Origin: Azolla caroliniana
Taxonomy: Eukaryota; Plantae; Polypodiophyta
NCBI GenBank assembly: GCA_043228905.1
Contig: JBHGNT010000017.1
Span: forward strand, 8,618,001 to 8,682,000
Length of the DNA: 64,000 bases
Reading direction: 5' to 3'
Positions 12,784 to 24,380 of the stretch are shown in pieces. Position numbers and translations under genes: made by a program. The notes under the pieces were generated by a model, which saw nothing but the letters and a program-made list of their open reading frames with translations, had not been told where the DNA came from and searched no databases. Numbering within the stretch: the stretch's first letter is position 1; every line of letters begins with the position of its first letter.

Positions 12784-13980
12784 GGGATAGAAGTATGCAG
12801 AGCATGGAATGATGGCAATTGATGTATCCCTAAATTGCGGGGTTGATGGTGACCTGCAATCTAACATGCATGCATGGTGGCGATGGTTCTAGCCTTCTAC
12901 CAATGATCTAGATTCTATCCTATTTATTGTTTTAACTTTCATTCGTCATCCTCAATACATGGATGAGAATGATGGCGATGTTGATGGATAGATTCAATAG
13001 TCTATCCCAAGCTAGGCTGGCTTGGCCCTGTCCCACACATACATAGATCGCAAATTGATCTCCTGCAGATGTTAAGAAAGGTAGTGTCTATCTATTGGAG
13101 CGAAACCAATCCATAGACTGTATGTATTATCAAGTTTTTATGCTCCATGAAAACAACAGGAAATCATTTCTTTGAGGCAGACAGGCAACGGTGCCCAAAG
13201 AACACCTCTAGCCTCTTTCCCTGCCAACTTTACATAAAAACATTTTAATTAATGATTTTCATTAATTGTTTTTTTTGTCTTGATACTGAAGAAGATCTGA
13301 AAGTGAAATGACCTGGGCACATTCCGAAATTTATTTTAGAAACTTTCTTCAATCCTACTTCAGGGCCCAAGTCCTCTTCCAGATGTTACCACATTACTAA
13401 TTAGCACATGAAATCCACTTTAGAGTTGTGCTGGCAGTTCTTGGTTAGGGTTGACAGGTATTGTTTCTACATCTCCGTTCCTTCAATCCTCTCAGGCCGA
13501 GTAATCATAACCATGACCTCCCAAACATAAGAAAGTCGAGTTATTGTCTCAATGTGAGAAGCATTGGTGCAACGGCGTAGGAAATCACAAGCTTTCATTG
13601 GCTATGCAAAAAGAAAGGGAAAACAGTTGACATTCATTCACCCAGTTGCACACATCCCTTGAACAAAGAATGATATAAAGATTACAAGCCTTAATCAATT
13701 CTGTTTTCTTTGATTATGCAAAAGAAAGGGAAAAAGTGCACATTCATGGCACGCATCACTTGCACCAAAAGTGATAAATATAATGGTTAAAGTGCAGACA
13801 TTGTATGGATCCTTCCATGGGGCTCATGTAGTGAAAGCCAGTACTAACAAGGGAGGATCAGTGCATGTTTACAATGTGTACAGGATAGACTTTTGTACAA
13901 CTCTGGCCTTTTTCTCCCTTAAGAAATGAAACTTTGCTAATTCCATTGTTTAACAAATTTACTTCCCTTACCACTTTTCC

Positions 13981-16900
13981 TTACAGTTGTAATGCCAAAT
14001 CAGGCTGTTGTATCTCATTACCGGTAGACTGATCATAAGGGGATTTTGTATGGGATAAGCTCACATTCAAATCAGGAGCTCCAGAGAAAGAGACAGACCC
14101 TTGTGATGATGTTCCACGAGGCTCCGCATACTGCCACACTGCTGGGTTTACAGCTTGAGAAACACCACTAGGTAGGCAATGACCTGCAGCTTGCTTTTGC
14201 ATTACCAAGTTGGGACTCCATGACTCTGATGGTCTCATATAATGAGTTCCAGAATTGCTTTGCATTTGCATTTGAGCCTGCTGATTCTGACCTGGTGAAT
14301 CAGAAGAACTCTTACTGAGGTGCTTCTGGAGGAAGTGTGGCACATTTGGAATATAATGCTTTTGATTTCCATTGGCTTGAAATCTTCCTGCATGGTGTGT
14401 GGATTGCATTTCAGAGCTTCTGGAAACCAGCTGGCTCTGGCTTTTCATGGCAGCATTGCCGTTAGCATCTGATTGTTGAATTGGCATGCTTCCAGGCATT
14501 CTCTGATCTTCTTTGAATCTTGAACCTCCATTTGAATTAGAAAATACAGAGGAGAAGCTAGCAGTTGGTGAACCTACAATCACATTTTGTTTTTCAGAAG
14601 ACTGTTCATGATGTTGCAGAATGCTTTTAGTATGGTTAGGATGGTTCCTTTCTTGGCTATTCTCAGCATTATTCGGTGCTTGTATCATGAAGTTACTTCT
14701 GCCATTTAGCCCTTTCTCTGCAAAGATGTTCACCTCTCTCGTGCCCATTTGACTGCTAATAAAGGAATGTTGAACAGGGGAATTCAGACTATGGGAAAGC
14801 ATTGTTGCTGGTGCTGACTGCAAGGCATTGTGATGATGTGAGGTATTGTTCTTCATTCTTACACCATTAGAGTTTGCATCTTGCACTGAATTGAAATGAT
14901 TATATTGAAACAAGGTATTGATTTGTGCTGATTCTACAGAATTGATCTCTCTATTGCCACCCAAAGGGAAGCTTTCAACAGTTTTAGTATCTTTGGAGCC
15001 AGCAACCGAGGACCTTGGGCTCGGAATATTCAAATTATGAGCCAGCATCGAGCCTTGTGCTAATTGACCAGAATTGGAGATTTTGTAATTCTTCACATTT
15101 GGAGGACCATTTGACCTCCCTTTACCAGTTTCAGATACATTCAAACAGTTTTCTCTGTTGATTGAGTATGCACCTTGGCTTTCGGTTTGGTTCAAAGAGG
15201 GGCCCTTCATAATTGCTGCATTTCCATTAACATCTAAATTCCTTCCATCGAAAGAATTGTTTGCATTCTCCATTTGTGCTGATTGGCTGGAATTAGAGAT
15301 GGTGTAATTCTTTGCATTCCGCACACCATTCAAACTGACTTCACCACTTTCACTTGCATTGAAATAGTTTTCTCTGTTTATCAAATACGTACTTTGGCTT
15401 TCAGATTGGTTCAAAGAGCCCCCCTTCATAACTGCTGCATTGCAGTTCACATCCAAATTCCTTCCATTGAAAGACTTATTTCCAGTTTCCATTTGTGTTG
15501 ATTGAACAGAATTATTGATGCTGTAATTCTTCATATTCTGCTGACCATTTGAACTTGCTTTACCACTTTCGCTTGCATTTGAATAGTTTTCTCTGTTAAT
15601 TGCGGGTGCAGCTTGGGTTTCATATTGGTTCAAAGAGGCTCCTTTCATGACTGCTGCATTGGAGTTGACATCCAAATTTCTTCCATTGAAAGGCTTGCTT
15701 GCATTATCCATGTGTGGTGGTTGAATAGAAGTAGATATGTTGTAATTCTTTGTGTTTGGCAGAAGATTTGAACTTGTTTTACAATTTTCACTTGCAGTCA
15801 AATATTTTTCTCTGTTAACCGAGTAAGCAGATTGGCTTTCAGATTGTCTCAAAGAAGCTCCCTTCACAACTGCTGCATTGCAGTTCACATCCAAATTTCT
15901 TCCATTGAAAGTCTTGCTTGCATTCTCGATTTGAGAAGATTGAATGGAATTAGTGATGTTGTAACTCTTCATGTTCGGAGGAACATTCAGACTCCCTTTA
16001 CCACTCTCATTAGCATTAAAATAGTTTTCTCTGCTACCAGAGTATGTTGTTTGGCTTTCAGGTTGGTTCAAAGAGGTTCCCTTCATAATTGCTGCATTGC
16101 AGTTCATATCCAAATTTCTTCCATATAAAGGCTTGCTTGCATTTTCCATTTGAGCAGATTGAATAGATTTAGCCATATAGTTGTTCAAGTTCGGTGGGAC
16201 ATTTGGAGTCCCGGTACCACTCTCAGTTCCATTTGAATAGTTTTCTCTAGCAACAGAGTATGCAGCTTGACTTTCAGATTGGTTCAAAGAGCCCCCTTTC
16301 AGAACTGTTGCATTGCAGTTAATATCCAAATTTCTTCCATTGCAAGACTTGTCTGCATTCTCCGTTTGCAAATCTGTTGTTCTCAGAAAACTAGACCTGT
16401 CCAAAAACTTTCCCATGAAGGGGAAACATGCAGGGGAAGTTGAAGGTATGGCAGTAGTAGATAACATTGCTGGCATTGATTCAGAGGTACTAAGCTTAGA
16501 TGGATTCTCTATAGTAAGAACACTGTCCTTGCTTTTCATTGGATTATCGTCCCTAACTGATACTCTGTTCCCGAACAGCATGGCATTATCTGGGGCTGGA
16601 TGATTCAGATTCATCACGGTTCCTGACATAGATGTACTGTTAGTTCCTTTTTGGAACTCATTAGCATTATCTAAACTTTTCAGAGTTACTGTAGGCATGT
16701 CATATGAGCTTGACAGGTTCACTGTTGTCTGACTATCAGAATGCAAATGTGGCTGCTGACCGGACTTCATCAAAGTTGGATCAAATGAAACATGCGTATT
16801 TGATACATTCAATATTTTTTGGCCTGTGGAGTTCTTTCGGTTCTCTTGATCTAGTGAACCACTCGCTGCATTGGCCAATAAATGCCTATTCTCATGTGAC

Positions 16901-17745
16901 ACTCTCGGCGCAGTCTGAACATTAGAGAGGCTGGACTGTGGAGATGAGTTGTAATCCAGTTTGTTCAGGTTCGGTTGGTTGTCAATAAGATGCTCATGCA
17001 GTCTTTTCCCCATTGTCTGAGCATTTGACTGCAAATCTACTTTCCATGATCTTTCCTTGTTCATTGATGGGTTTTCATGAGGCATCTTTGCCACGGTCTG
17101 AGGATCGCACTGGATGTAAGATTGATGAGCATTATTCGTTGCAATTGCAGTTTGGCTCTCATCGGGCAATACCAGAGCACCTGACTGCGTATGTGGATGA
17201 TGAACATTCATTAGCAAGCTGTCATGTTTTGCCAAGAAATTAGTAGAAGAGACTGTAGGTAGTAAATCTCGATTGTCCATCCTCTCTATGTGTTGAGCAC
17301 TAGGTGGCTGCACTTGTTTACTTGAATCAATTGAGCTAGCATTGCTTTGTTTCTTCGATCGATTATTGTGTTTAGCAGAGCCTCCTCGACAGATTGGAGC
17401 CTGATTCTCATTTGGTTCTTGCATATCAATAGATTGTGTATATGCATGCTCAGCAAGCTTTATGCAGCTTTCTTGGTTCACAACAGGAATGCCGGACCTA
17501 ACGTTCTCATCTGCCAGTTTATCCATGGTCTCATAATTAGGTTGCATCTGCTTTTGTTGTTTACTAACAGGACTGGATGTGACAACCGGTGCCTCACGTT
17601 CTCCAACCCAACCAGGGCCAAATAGATAACCATGAGGAAGAGCTGCTTCAATTTGTTTGGAAGCAACTTTCCAGACAATGGGTCCTAATTCAGCTGCAAA
17701 CCGAGCTAAACTCCTTGCATATGGAAAATCAAGTTGATGCCCCGT
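13981..17745 (-). CDS. Bromodomain gene, terminal exon (3765 bp, includes the 6x73-aa repeat)
   Basis: Acceptor tag|ACG GGG CAT, then YARSLARFAAELGP, in frame with the 1188-aa ORF ending QPDLALQL*. Confidence 0.92.
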   Translation of the reverse strand, partial: TGHQLDFPYARSLARFAAELGPIVWKVASKQIEAALPHGYLFGPGWVGEREAPVVTSSPVSKQQKQMQPNYETMDKLADENVRSGIPVVNQESCIKLAEHAYTQSIDMQEPNENQAPICRGGSAKHNNRSKKQSNASSIDSSKQVQPPSAQHIERMDNRDLLPTVSSTNFLAKHDSLLMNVHHPHTQSGALVLPDESQTAIATNNAHQSYIQCDPQTVAKMPHENPSMNKERSWKVDLQSNAQTMGKRLHEHLIDNQPNLNKLDYNSSPQSSLSNVQTAPRVSHENRHLLANAASGSLDQENRKNSTGQKILNVSNTHVSFDPTLMKSGQQPHLHSDSQTTVNLSSSYDMPTVTLKSLDNANEFQKGTNSTSMSGTVMNLNHPAPDNAMLFGNRVSVRDDNPMKSKDSVLTIENPSKLSTSESMPAMLSTTAIPSTSPACFPFMGKFLDRSSFLRTTDLQTENADKSCNGRNLDINCNATVLKGGSLNQSESQAAYSVARENYSNGTESGTGTPNVPPNLNNYMAKSIQSAQMENASKPLYGRNLDMNCNAAIMKGTSLNQPESQTTYSGSRENYFNANESGKGSLNVPPNMKSYNITNSIQSSQIENASKTFNGRNLDVNCNAAVVKGASLRQSESQSAYSVNREKYLTASENCKTSSNLLPNTKNYNISTSIQPPHMDNASKPFNGRNLDVNSNAAVMKGASLNQYETQAAPAINRENYSNASESGKASSNGQQNMKNYSINNSVQSTQMETGNKSFNGRNLDVNCNAAVMKGGSLNQSESQSTYLINRENYFNASESGEVSLNGVRNAKNYTISNSSQSAQMENANNSFDGRNLDVNGNAAIMKGPSLNQTESQGAYSINRENCLNVSETGKGRSNGPPNVKNYKISNSGQLAQGSMLAHNLNIPSPRSSVAGSKDTKTVESFPLGGNREINSVESAQINTLFQYNHFNSVQDANSNGVRMKNNTSHHHNALQSAPATMLSHSLNSPVQHSFISSQMGTREVNIFAEKGLNGRSNFMIQAPNNAENSQERNHPNHTKSILQHHEQSSEKQNVIVGSPTASFSSVFSNSNGGSRFKEDQRMPGSMPIQQSDANGNAAMKSQSQLVSRSSEMQSTHHAGRFQANGNQKHYIPNVPHFLQKHLSKSSSDSPGQNQQAQMQMQSNSGTHYMRPSESWSPNLVMQKQAAGHCLPSGVSQAVNPAVWQYAEPRGTSSQGSVSFSGAPDLNVSLSHTKSPYDQSTGNEIQQPDLALQL

Positions 17746-20700
17746 CTACATCCACATCAACACAAAATGAGTAAATATAATAGTGAAAAAAAAAAACAAT
17801 GGAACCAAATGGTTACATAACAGAACCAAGAAAAACAAGACTTGAATCTCTATGGACAAATACTATAGCTACTCATTGACATCACGCAAGCTTACAGGTA
17901 CAATTTGCAGAGATTCACCACTAATCGTGGTCACAAGTGGATCTAGATCTTGAGAGGAGGTGATGGATGGCACATAAGTGTTCCGACGATTCTCATAAAA
18001 TGCCGGGGATCTTCCCACACTCCTGAGAAAATATCCTGCAAAATAACCTACAATGAATTCATTTCACGTAGATATGCTGCTAAGAAAAAACACATGGATG
18101 ACAAGCAGAACACTAATGTCCCATTTTTCATGCTTTCAAAAGGAGCCTTTAAATGTTGAAAATACTCGGAACAAAGCAAACAGGCTTGAAAGGATGGAAG
18201 AAGAGATACTCCTAGAAGATCGGAATATTGTCTTGATACAAGTTCAGGGAGAAATACAAAAAACATATAAAAAAGAAACAGCATGATAATGGAGCAAAAA
18301 ACCCAAGGGGTTGGAAAAAAACCAGCATTTAGCACTGTAACCTCCCTATGGAAAGCATGGGAGAAGATACAGTCGTCCTATGTCTAAGACATTCATATGG
18401 AATGCCTTGAACATGTATTGGAACAAAAAATGCATGGCTGTGCATATAATGGTTAAATATTTATAAATCTGCATTTTCAAAACATTATTGGAACAAAAAA
18501 TGCATGGCTGTGCATATAATGGTTAAATATTTATAAATTTGCATTTTCAAAACATTCAGCTTGCATCCTACGTCAAAAATAACTGCATGCTTAAAATGAT
18601 GTGTTATAATATTTTGTAAAATCAATCCTCCATTAGGATTGTATTGTATTGTGAAGAGTGCCAGTTACAGCAATTGGCATTGTCACTTGTGGTTGGTGAC
18701 AAATGCATTAATACAGATTTTGGTTAGTGCTAATTAAAATAATTAGATTAGCATTTTTATTTTTGAGATACTAATCAGAGTGCTCATTATCACATATAAC
18801 TTAAATTAGTAATGTGGTTATCACTGCTTATGATCCTATTACCTCAGCAAGGCTAATTACTGTAATTAGAAAGAATCATATACTAATAACTGTAATTGGC
18901 ACTAATCATAATATAATGTTAATTGGCATGAAGATTACTGCATCTCACCTAATGAGCAGTAAATTGTGTCGGCTGGTAGACTTCACAAAATATTAGAAAA
19001 TGATGTTAAAAGTGTGGGCATCTAATAGTGTTACAAAGAGAAAGAGCAGAACCAACGGTACGCCTAATGTGAGGAGTAACATGGATATTTTCCAGTTCTT
19101 AAACTGTACTAAGACATTCTGGGTATATGCATAAATTTTAGGAACTAATTGGTAAATATTAAGATACATTATTGATACGGACACCTGCACAATCACAGGG
19201 AGTATGTTCAGTGCAGATTCCTACAGATATGTTGGGAGTATGTGTGGTGGATAAACTAGTTCCCGTGCATATTTATTTGCTCCATTGTCCATGCCAAATC
19301 TATTATTGATGCTGTGACGAAACTTCGCAAAAAAGTGGCTCATAAGGATAACTATAGGGACAAGGATCAAACTCCTCTCCCACACCCTCTGTTAACAACT
19401 CGGTGACGTACCAAGCATCATCTTATTTATAGATTGAATGAATTCAACGATTTACTTTCTTGAGTGTTATTTGTAACAAGGCCCATCCCGGAAGACCCAG
19501 AGAAACTGGTTTCTACATCCACAAGTAAAGAAGAACGAAAGAGAGATGGTGCAGGCATGGGATACTAGCCTTATAATATGATGAAATTAAACCAGCCCTT
19601 ATTTATTACCCTACAATAGTGCAAGGCGATGAAGCTTAGCATGAAAAATACAGAAGAGATTGTGGGAAATGTTATGTTAGTGTTTAGAATTTTTCCATGC
19701 CATACTTAGGGTAGTCTAGTTCTGTCACTTTATAGAGTAAAGAACAGATGAATGGTGAGATAAACAGACAATAAAAAGGACATGATAATATTATCTCTTC
19801 CATCACTGTGTTCTCTAATGTTTTAGATAAAAAGGACATCATTATGGGAGCCTAATTTTGTAAACAGATGGTGAGATACATAGATCTATAGACAGATTAG
19901 TGATCCACGGGAGCCCAGATATGATGCATTAGATGAAGCCAATACCTGGACAATCTTGGCTTCTCTGAAAGTTACGAATTTGATGCCAAGGTCCAATCCA
20001 ACGAGCCAAGATATCCATACATAGGACAAAGACTATACTATATATGACAGTGGAGGACCCAAAGGATCACTTGGTTTGTGGATTTCGATGATTGAGAAGA
20101 GAGCAGTAGGGATTCGGTGAGATAGATAATATCATTGAGATTTGAAGAGAAAGATTTCCCAATTCCATGACAGTCCAGCAATGTTATCTAATTCACACAT
20201 CCAAGACAGGACATGTCAAGATTCTGAGATGTTGTCGGCGTTCACAGAAATTTTCCATATTTGATATTCTATATTGGGTACAAGGTTCAATGGTTTCAAT
20301 GCATAGGACAGAGACTATATATGATAGTAGGAGGACCCAAAGGATCACTTGATTTGTGGATTTTGATGATTGAGAAGAGAGGAGGAGGAGGGTTTCGATA
20401 GATAACATCATTGAAATTTGAAGAGAGAGATTTCCCAATTCCATGACAGACCAGTAATGTTAGGGTCAAGCAAGCTTCATGTGAATGGAACGGTTTAATG
20501 GCATTAATGCATAAAGGATTTGCACAAATCTCTAAAAACACTTCACTAAATCAAGTAGAGCATACAGTAAGAAAATATCAAGACTGTACCTGAAGTATCT
20601 TCATGGTTATTATCTCTCGGTTCACTAGGAGATTCAGTATAGAAACTTGGCTCAACATTTTGTACAGATGATTCAGGCAATGCTGATGTATCCCCGTCCA

Positions 20701-23693
20701 AATCTCCTGCCTGTGTGCTTTCTAAAGCAATATCTTCAGTGGCATCTTCATGGATGAGCCTCATACCAAATTGCTTCTTGTGAGGTTTCTTGATAGAGAC
20801 ACTTCCTGCAGATCTCTGTTTTGATAGCATTTCATCCAATTCAATGGACGGTCGCGACATTCTCAGTTCTTCCAATATCCTCTCAGCCACATCCTTGATA
20901 GCCCTAGCCTGAAAAAACATAGCCAAAATGCAAAATGAGAGTAAATTTCACCATAGCTAAGAAGTGAGATTCTTATACCTCTTCACTTCACGTTAAAATA
21001 TGTTGAGATTTTTTCAGGACATGCACTCACATGTCTGAAATATACAGTGCCTTTGGCATTATATGTCATGGCATTGTCGCAAATCGTGAAAATGTCTCTC
21101 TGCATTGAGATCATTTGGGATAACATATTCAACAGATCAGACATAATGTTAAACTGGTATTTTGAGGCTCAATTTTGTTCAATAACTGTGATAAGGCATG
21201 CATACCTCGAAATGATCAATGGTGGTGTAATATCCGGATGCAATTCTTTTTCTCATTGTAGCAAAGTCCATTGGAACTTTAATAAAGTCACAGTAATTGG
21301 GTACCTGGAAATGTTGTTATCTGAGCTGAGGAAACAATGCACAAAAAAAATTATGAAGTGATCATAAGTTTGGACATTGCATGTTATACCTCCTTGGGAT
21401 CTACTGGTTCGGCAAATGCCCCAAATTTATCTTTCCTGCAGATGGTGCAAACTCTCACAAATATTAGATCAATGGAAACAATGAGATTTGACTGATTGAG
21501 CTCTAAAAAAACAATGCAATTAATTAGACTAATTAAGCTCTCAAAAAACAATGCAATTAATTAGACTGATTAAGAACTCAGAATATGTTCAAATTAGACT
21601 GATTAATCTTTTGTCATAGACATGAAAGTCTGAATGGTTAGCCTCTCAAAGATAGCAATGCAATGGACTGATGTGTCTCTCAAATAACTACACAAAAAAT
21701 GAAATTTCACAGACTAAGCTCTATAAAGACAATGCAATTAGGATCATCGTCCACTCAAGAAACAATCAAATAAGACTGATTTGACTCCCAGAAAATACAA
21801 TGGTATTAGCCTGATTTAGATCTCATAAGACCCTGAACTTGGTGGATTCTGCATAAAGAGACCTACTTCTGCAATCTGTCTAGAACAGACTTTAGCAGAT
21901 GCTTAGCAGGAACAAGCTTCTGTATGCCATCACCCTCATCACCGCCATCATCACCATCATCGTCATCGCAGTATAAGTTTCCTTCTGCGAAAACAAAGAC
22001 AAACACATACAAAGAGAATAATTGAGCTGATAGAATTATCTATGGATTTCACATCAAGGCCAATTTTGGTTTTCTCTTTGAACTAAACAGCTGTTTACAA
22101 GACCTCAATCAAAAATATATAGCAGTAGTGTGAGGTTGAAGCTAACTTGGAGAAAGAGTTACCGCGGCCGAATCCTTGGATGCTTCACTCTGTAAAACAG
22201 TTTCCATGGAGGAGGAGGATAAACCTTAGCTTAGCTTAGCCAACCTGAATTTTGATTAAAAGGTAGAAACAAAAAAGATATGCAGATATAGACATGAAAG
22301 TTTAAGCAGGTTTAGCGCATATCCATGAAGTTCCATGGAAAAGAAAAAACTTCGATCAAACAGAGGAGAGAGAGAGAGAGAGAGAGCTTTATTCTTCATA
22401 AGTAAACAGGAAAGGAAGTAAGCACAGAGAGACTCAAGGATACAATGGATGTAATTTATGAAGGAGAGTGGATACGGCGTACCTCTGGGTACGGCCTCAG
22501 GGAAGCTGCTTCTTCTTCTTCTTCTTCTTCTTCTTCTTCTTCTTCTTCTTCTTCTTCTTCAGGTGGAGGAAGAGCTGATGTTGAGGCCGTATACTGAGTA
22601 AGGCTATGGCTACTTTCAAAACTCCCTGATTCGACCGCAGAAGATCTCAGTTTTCGCTTTTTTGAAGGTTTCTGTGATTCTTGGAGTTCAAAGATGGCTG
22701 AGGAGGCCGCTGCTGCAGAGAATGATGGCGGAGATTGTCCTTTCGGAATGTTATCATGACGAGAACGTGGAGGAAGAGCTTCATTGGAGCTTCCATGGAA
22801 ACCTTGGTTAGAGTCAGGCTTTTGCGGGAGCTTCTTGACAAGGAGGGGAGCGGTCTGATGAGAGAAGTTGGGCTTAAGCAGGAACTTGGGGCAGTTTCCT
22901 GAAGAAGAAGAAGCTACGTCGACCCCTTGACCTTGTGGTCTCAGATCGTGGTAAACCTTTTGACGCTTCAAACGAGGACTGCAGCTATGCTGCAGATCTA
23001 GATCTACTTGTTCTCTTCTCTTAGAATGTTCCAGATTAATCTTCTGTGCTTCTTCTTCATCTTCCTCTTCTTCCATTTCTGCTGCTTCTTCTTCGTCTTC
23101 GTCATTTTCATGCTCTTCTGCTTCTCCTTCTTCTTCATAGCGGTATCTAGAGGTGGTAGAGACAGAGATCTGCTCTACTTGCTTCTGCGTCTGATTCGCC
23201 TTCTGATTTTGCTGGTGGCTATGGGGACGGAGCAGCTTCTTAGGAAGACTGGTCTGTGAACGCTCGAAATGACGAGGCTGCTGAGGATGAGATGGAAGCT
23301 TGATCTGTGCGTTTGAATTCTGCAGAGAGCGCTGATGTTGAGGATGATTCCGCTGCTCTGTGGGCTGCTGCCTATGTTTCTGGCGATGGGGAGCAGATGC
23401 AGAAGGAGAAGGAGACTCAGAAGGAGAAGGAGAAGGAGAAGGAGAAGGAGAAGACGAAGCAGAAGGCGAAGAAGAATGTGGAGGGGAATGTGGGGCTTTG
23501 AGGATGAATTTGACAAATTTCTTGTTGGAATAGGAAGGGGGGGAGGAAGACGGCTCTGCAGCAGAGACAGAGGAAGAGTGAAGAGAAGAATGGGGAGGAG
23601 TGCGGCGATGGAGGATTTTCTTCTTCTTGGAGGTCTGCGTCGCAGAAGAAGGAGGAGGAGGAGGAGGAAGAGAAGGGGTGATATGGCGCAGGT
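13981..23693 (-). CDS. Bromodomain-containing protein, plant BRD1/BRD2/BRD13-like (SWI/SNF-associated), multi-exon gene
   Basis: Manually spliced GT-AG exons give VLDRLQK|KDKFGAFAEPVDPKE|VPNYCDFIKVPMDFATMRKRI..|RDIFTICDNAMTYNAKGTVYFRH|ARAI. Family motifs ENRRNTY, YARSLARFAAELGPIVWKVAS..FGPGWVGE and C-terminal PDLALQL are present. The start codon and exon 1-3 junctions are uncertain. Confidence 0.9.
15060..16372 (-). repeat. Six in-frame coding tandem repeats, 216-219 bp (72-73 aa)
   Basis: The GRNLD anchor (tc(c/t)aaatt(t/c)cttcc on +) occurs at ~16325, 16109, 15890, 15671, 15452 and 15233. Confidence 0.95.
17896..18035 (-). CDS. Bromodomain gene internal exon
   Basis: cag|GA TAT...GTA CCT|gtaagc. 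Encodes YENRRNTY...TTISGESLQIVP, and phases fit both neighbours. Confidence 0.9.
18416..18556. repeat. 70-bp intronic tandem duplication
   Basis: tattggaacaaaaaatgcatggctgtgc...caaaacatt occurs at 18416 and 18486. Confidence 0.93.
20020..20462. repeat. Intronic ~165-bp diverged direct duplication
   Basis: cataggaca..ggaggacccaaaggatcactt..gatttcccaattccatgacag occurs at ~20020-20186 and ~20302-20462. Confidence 0.88.
20590..20908 (-). CDS. Bromodomain gene exon (bromodomain helix C and linker)
   Basis: cag|GCT AGG GCT ATC (ARAIKDVAERIL) ... TCA G|gtacag. Confidence 0.9.
21031..21099 (-). CDS. Bromodomain gene exon (helix B, acetyl-lysine-binding YN)
   Basis: cag|RDIFTICDNAMTYNAKGTVYFRH|gtgagt. 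Confidence 0.93.
21206..21304 (-). CDS. Bromodomain gene exon (ZA loop, PMD motif)
   Basis: cag|VPNYCDFIKVPMDFATMRKRIASGYYTTIDHFE|gtatg. Confidence 0.93.
21390..21435 (-). CDS. Bromodomain gene exon
   Basis: cag|G KDKFGAFAEPVDPKE|gtata, 46 nt, completes the phase-2 intron. Confidence 0.92.
21867..21984 (-). CDS. Bromodomain gene exon (acidic linker and helix Z)
   Basis: cag|..GNLYCDDDDGDDGGDEGDGIQKLVPAKHLLKSVLDRLQ AA|gtaggt. Confidence 0.88.
22483..23693 (-). CDS. Bromodomain gene probable first coding exon (low complexity: poly-Q/P/S/E, basic NLS-like clusters)
   Basis: Long open frame from the first in-frame ATG (23693, MLQQQ) to the donor GAG|gtacgc. Phase compatibility with downstream exons is unresolved. 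Confidence 0.65.
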
Positions 23694-23995
23694 AGGATGG
23701 CGGAGGTTTCTGCTGCTGCTGCTGCTGCAGCATGGTGAAGAAGAAGAAGAAGAAGAAGAAGGGGATGATGATGATGATGATGATGATGATGAAGAAGAAG
23801 AAGAAATGGAGATGGAGATGGAGATGGAGGTTAAGCAGAAGCAGAAGCAGAAGGAGATGGAGAAGGAGATGGAGATGGAGATGGAGAAGATGATGGCGAT
23901 GGCGATGGCGATGGCGATGGCGATGATGCAGAGAATAATAATGAAGAAGAAGAAGCACTCAGAGAGACTTCTGTTTTTCTTCTTCTTCTTCTTTT
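23640..23995. repeat. Compound tri-/hexanucleotide microsatellite field
   Basis: Adjacent (GGA)n, (CTG)n, (GAA)n, (GAT)n, (GAGATG)n, (GCAGAA)n and (GATGGC)n arrays. Confidence 0.92.
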
Positions 23996-24024
23996 TGCTG
24001 CTCCGCCGGTCAGCTCTGCCCTTT

Positions 24025-24380
24025 CTACCGCCACGTGTCGGTCGGTCTTTTCCGCAACTTGCGCTGCACACTTTCCTTCTCTTTCTCCTTTGCCCTTTTT
24101 TTTCTTTCTTTCTTTCTTTCTTTCTTCCTTCTCTTTTCCACTCTCTTCTTTTTCCTCTCTCTTCTTCTTAGATATATATAAAAACAATAATATTATATTT
24201 TATATATAATATACATAAAAGGAAGTAGATTTGTTTCTTTGTTCTTCTTAAGAGCCGAATTTTCCATTTTAATTTTTAATTTTTTTTAAATGAAGCAAAA
24301 GAGAGTTGGGGGGGGCCCAAATTAAAACAAATAAAAGTCTGGAGCCGTCGCTGTCGATGCTACTGCCACGTCGGCGCACG
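24025..24380 (-). promoter_or_regulatory. Putative promoter of the bromodomain gene
   Basis: TATA-like tttatatatatc on the minus strand at ~24171-24183, CACGTG G-box at 24032-24037, site-II-like gggccca at ~24313, and an ACGT core at ~24368. Position is upstream of exon 1; motif evidence only. Confidence 0.35.

Noticed and set aside
13600-13780. Duplicated tatgcaaaa(a)gaaagggaaaa..cattcat segment in the probable 3' UTR
   Set aside because: Short local duplication with nothing further to support a function.
15060-16372. Regularly spaced repeats as a CRISPR-like array
   Set aside because: Whole units are homologous with no unique spacers, and they are in-frame coding sequence in a eukaryotic exon.
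21480-21830. Degenerate ~39-bp intronic repeats (aaaacaatgcaattaattagact)
   Set aside because: Ordinary intron minisatellite decay with no evidence of function.
23694-23958. N-terminal HRHRH/LHLH/FFFIII extension of the 500-aa ORF
   Set aside because: Begins at a GTG and is pure repeat translation. The first in-frame ATG is at 23693.
23335-24171. 278-aa plus-strand ORF with poly-R/E/D/ME/MA runs
   Set aside because: Antisense shadow of the microsatellite field, with no domain-like content.
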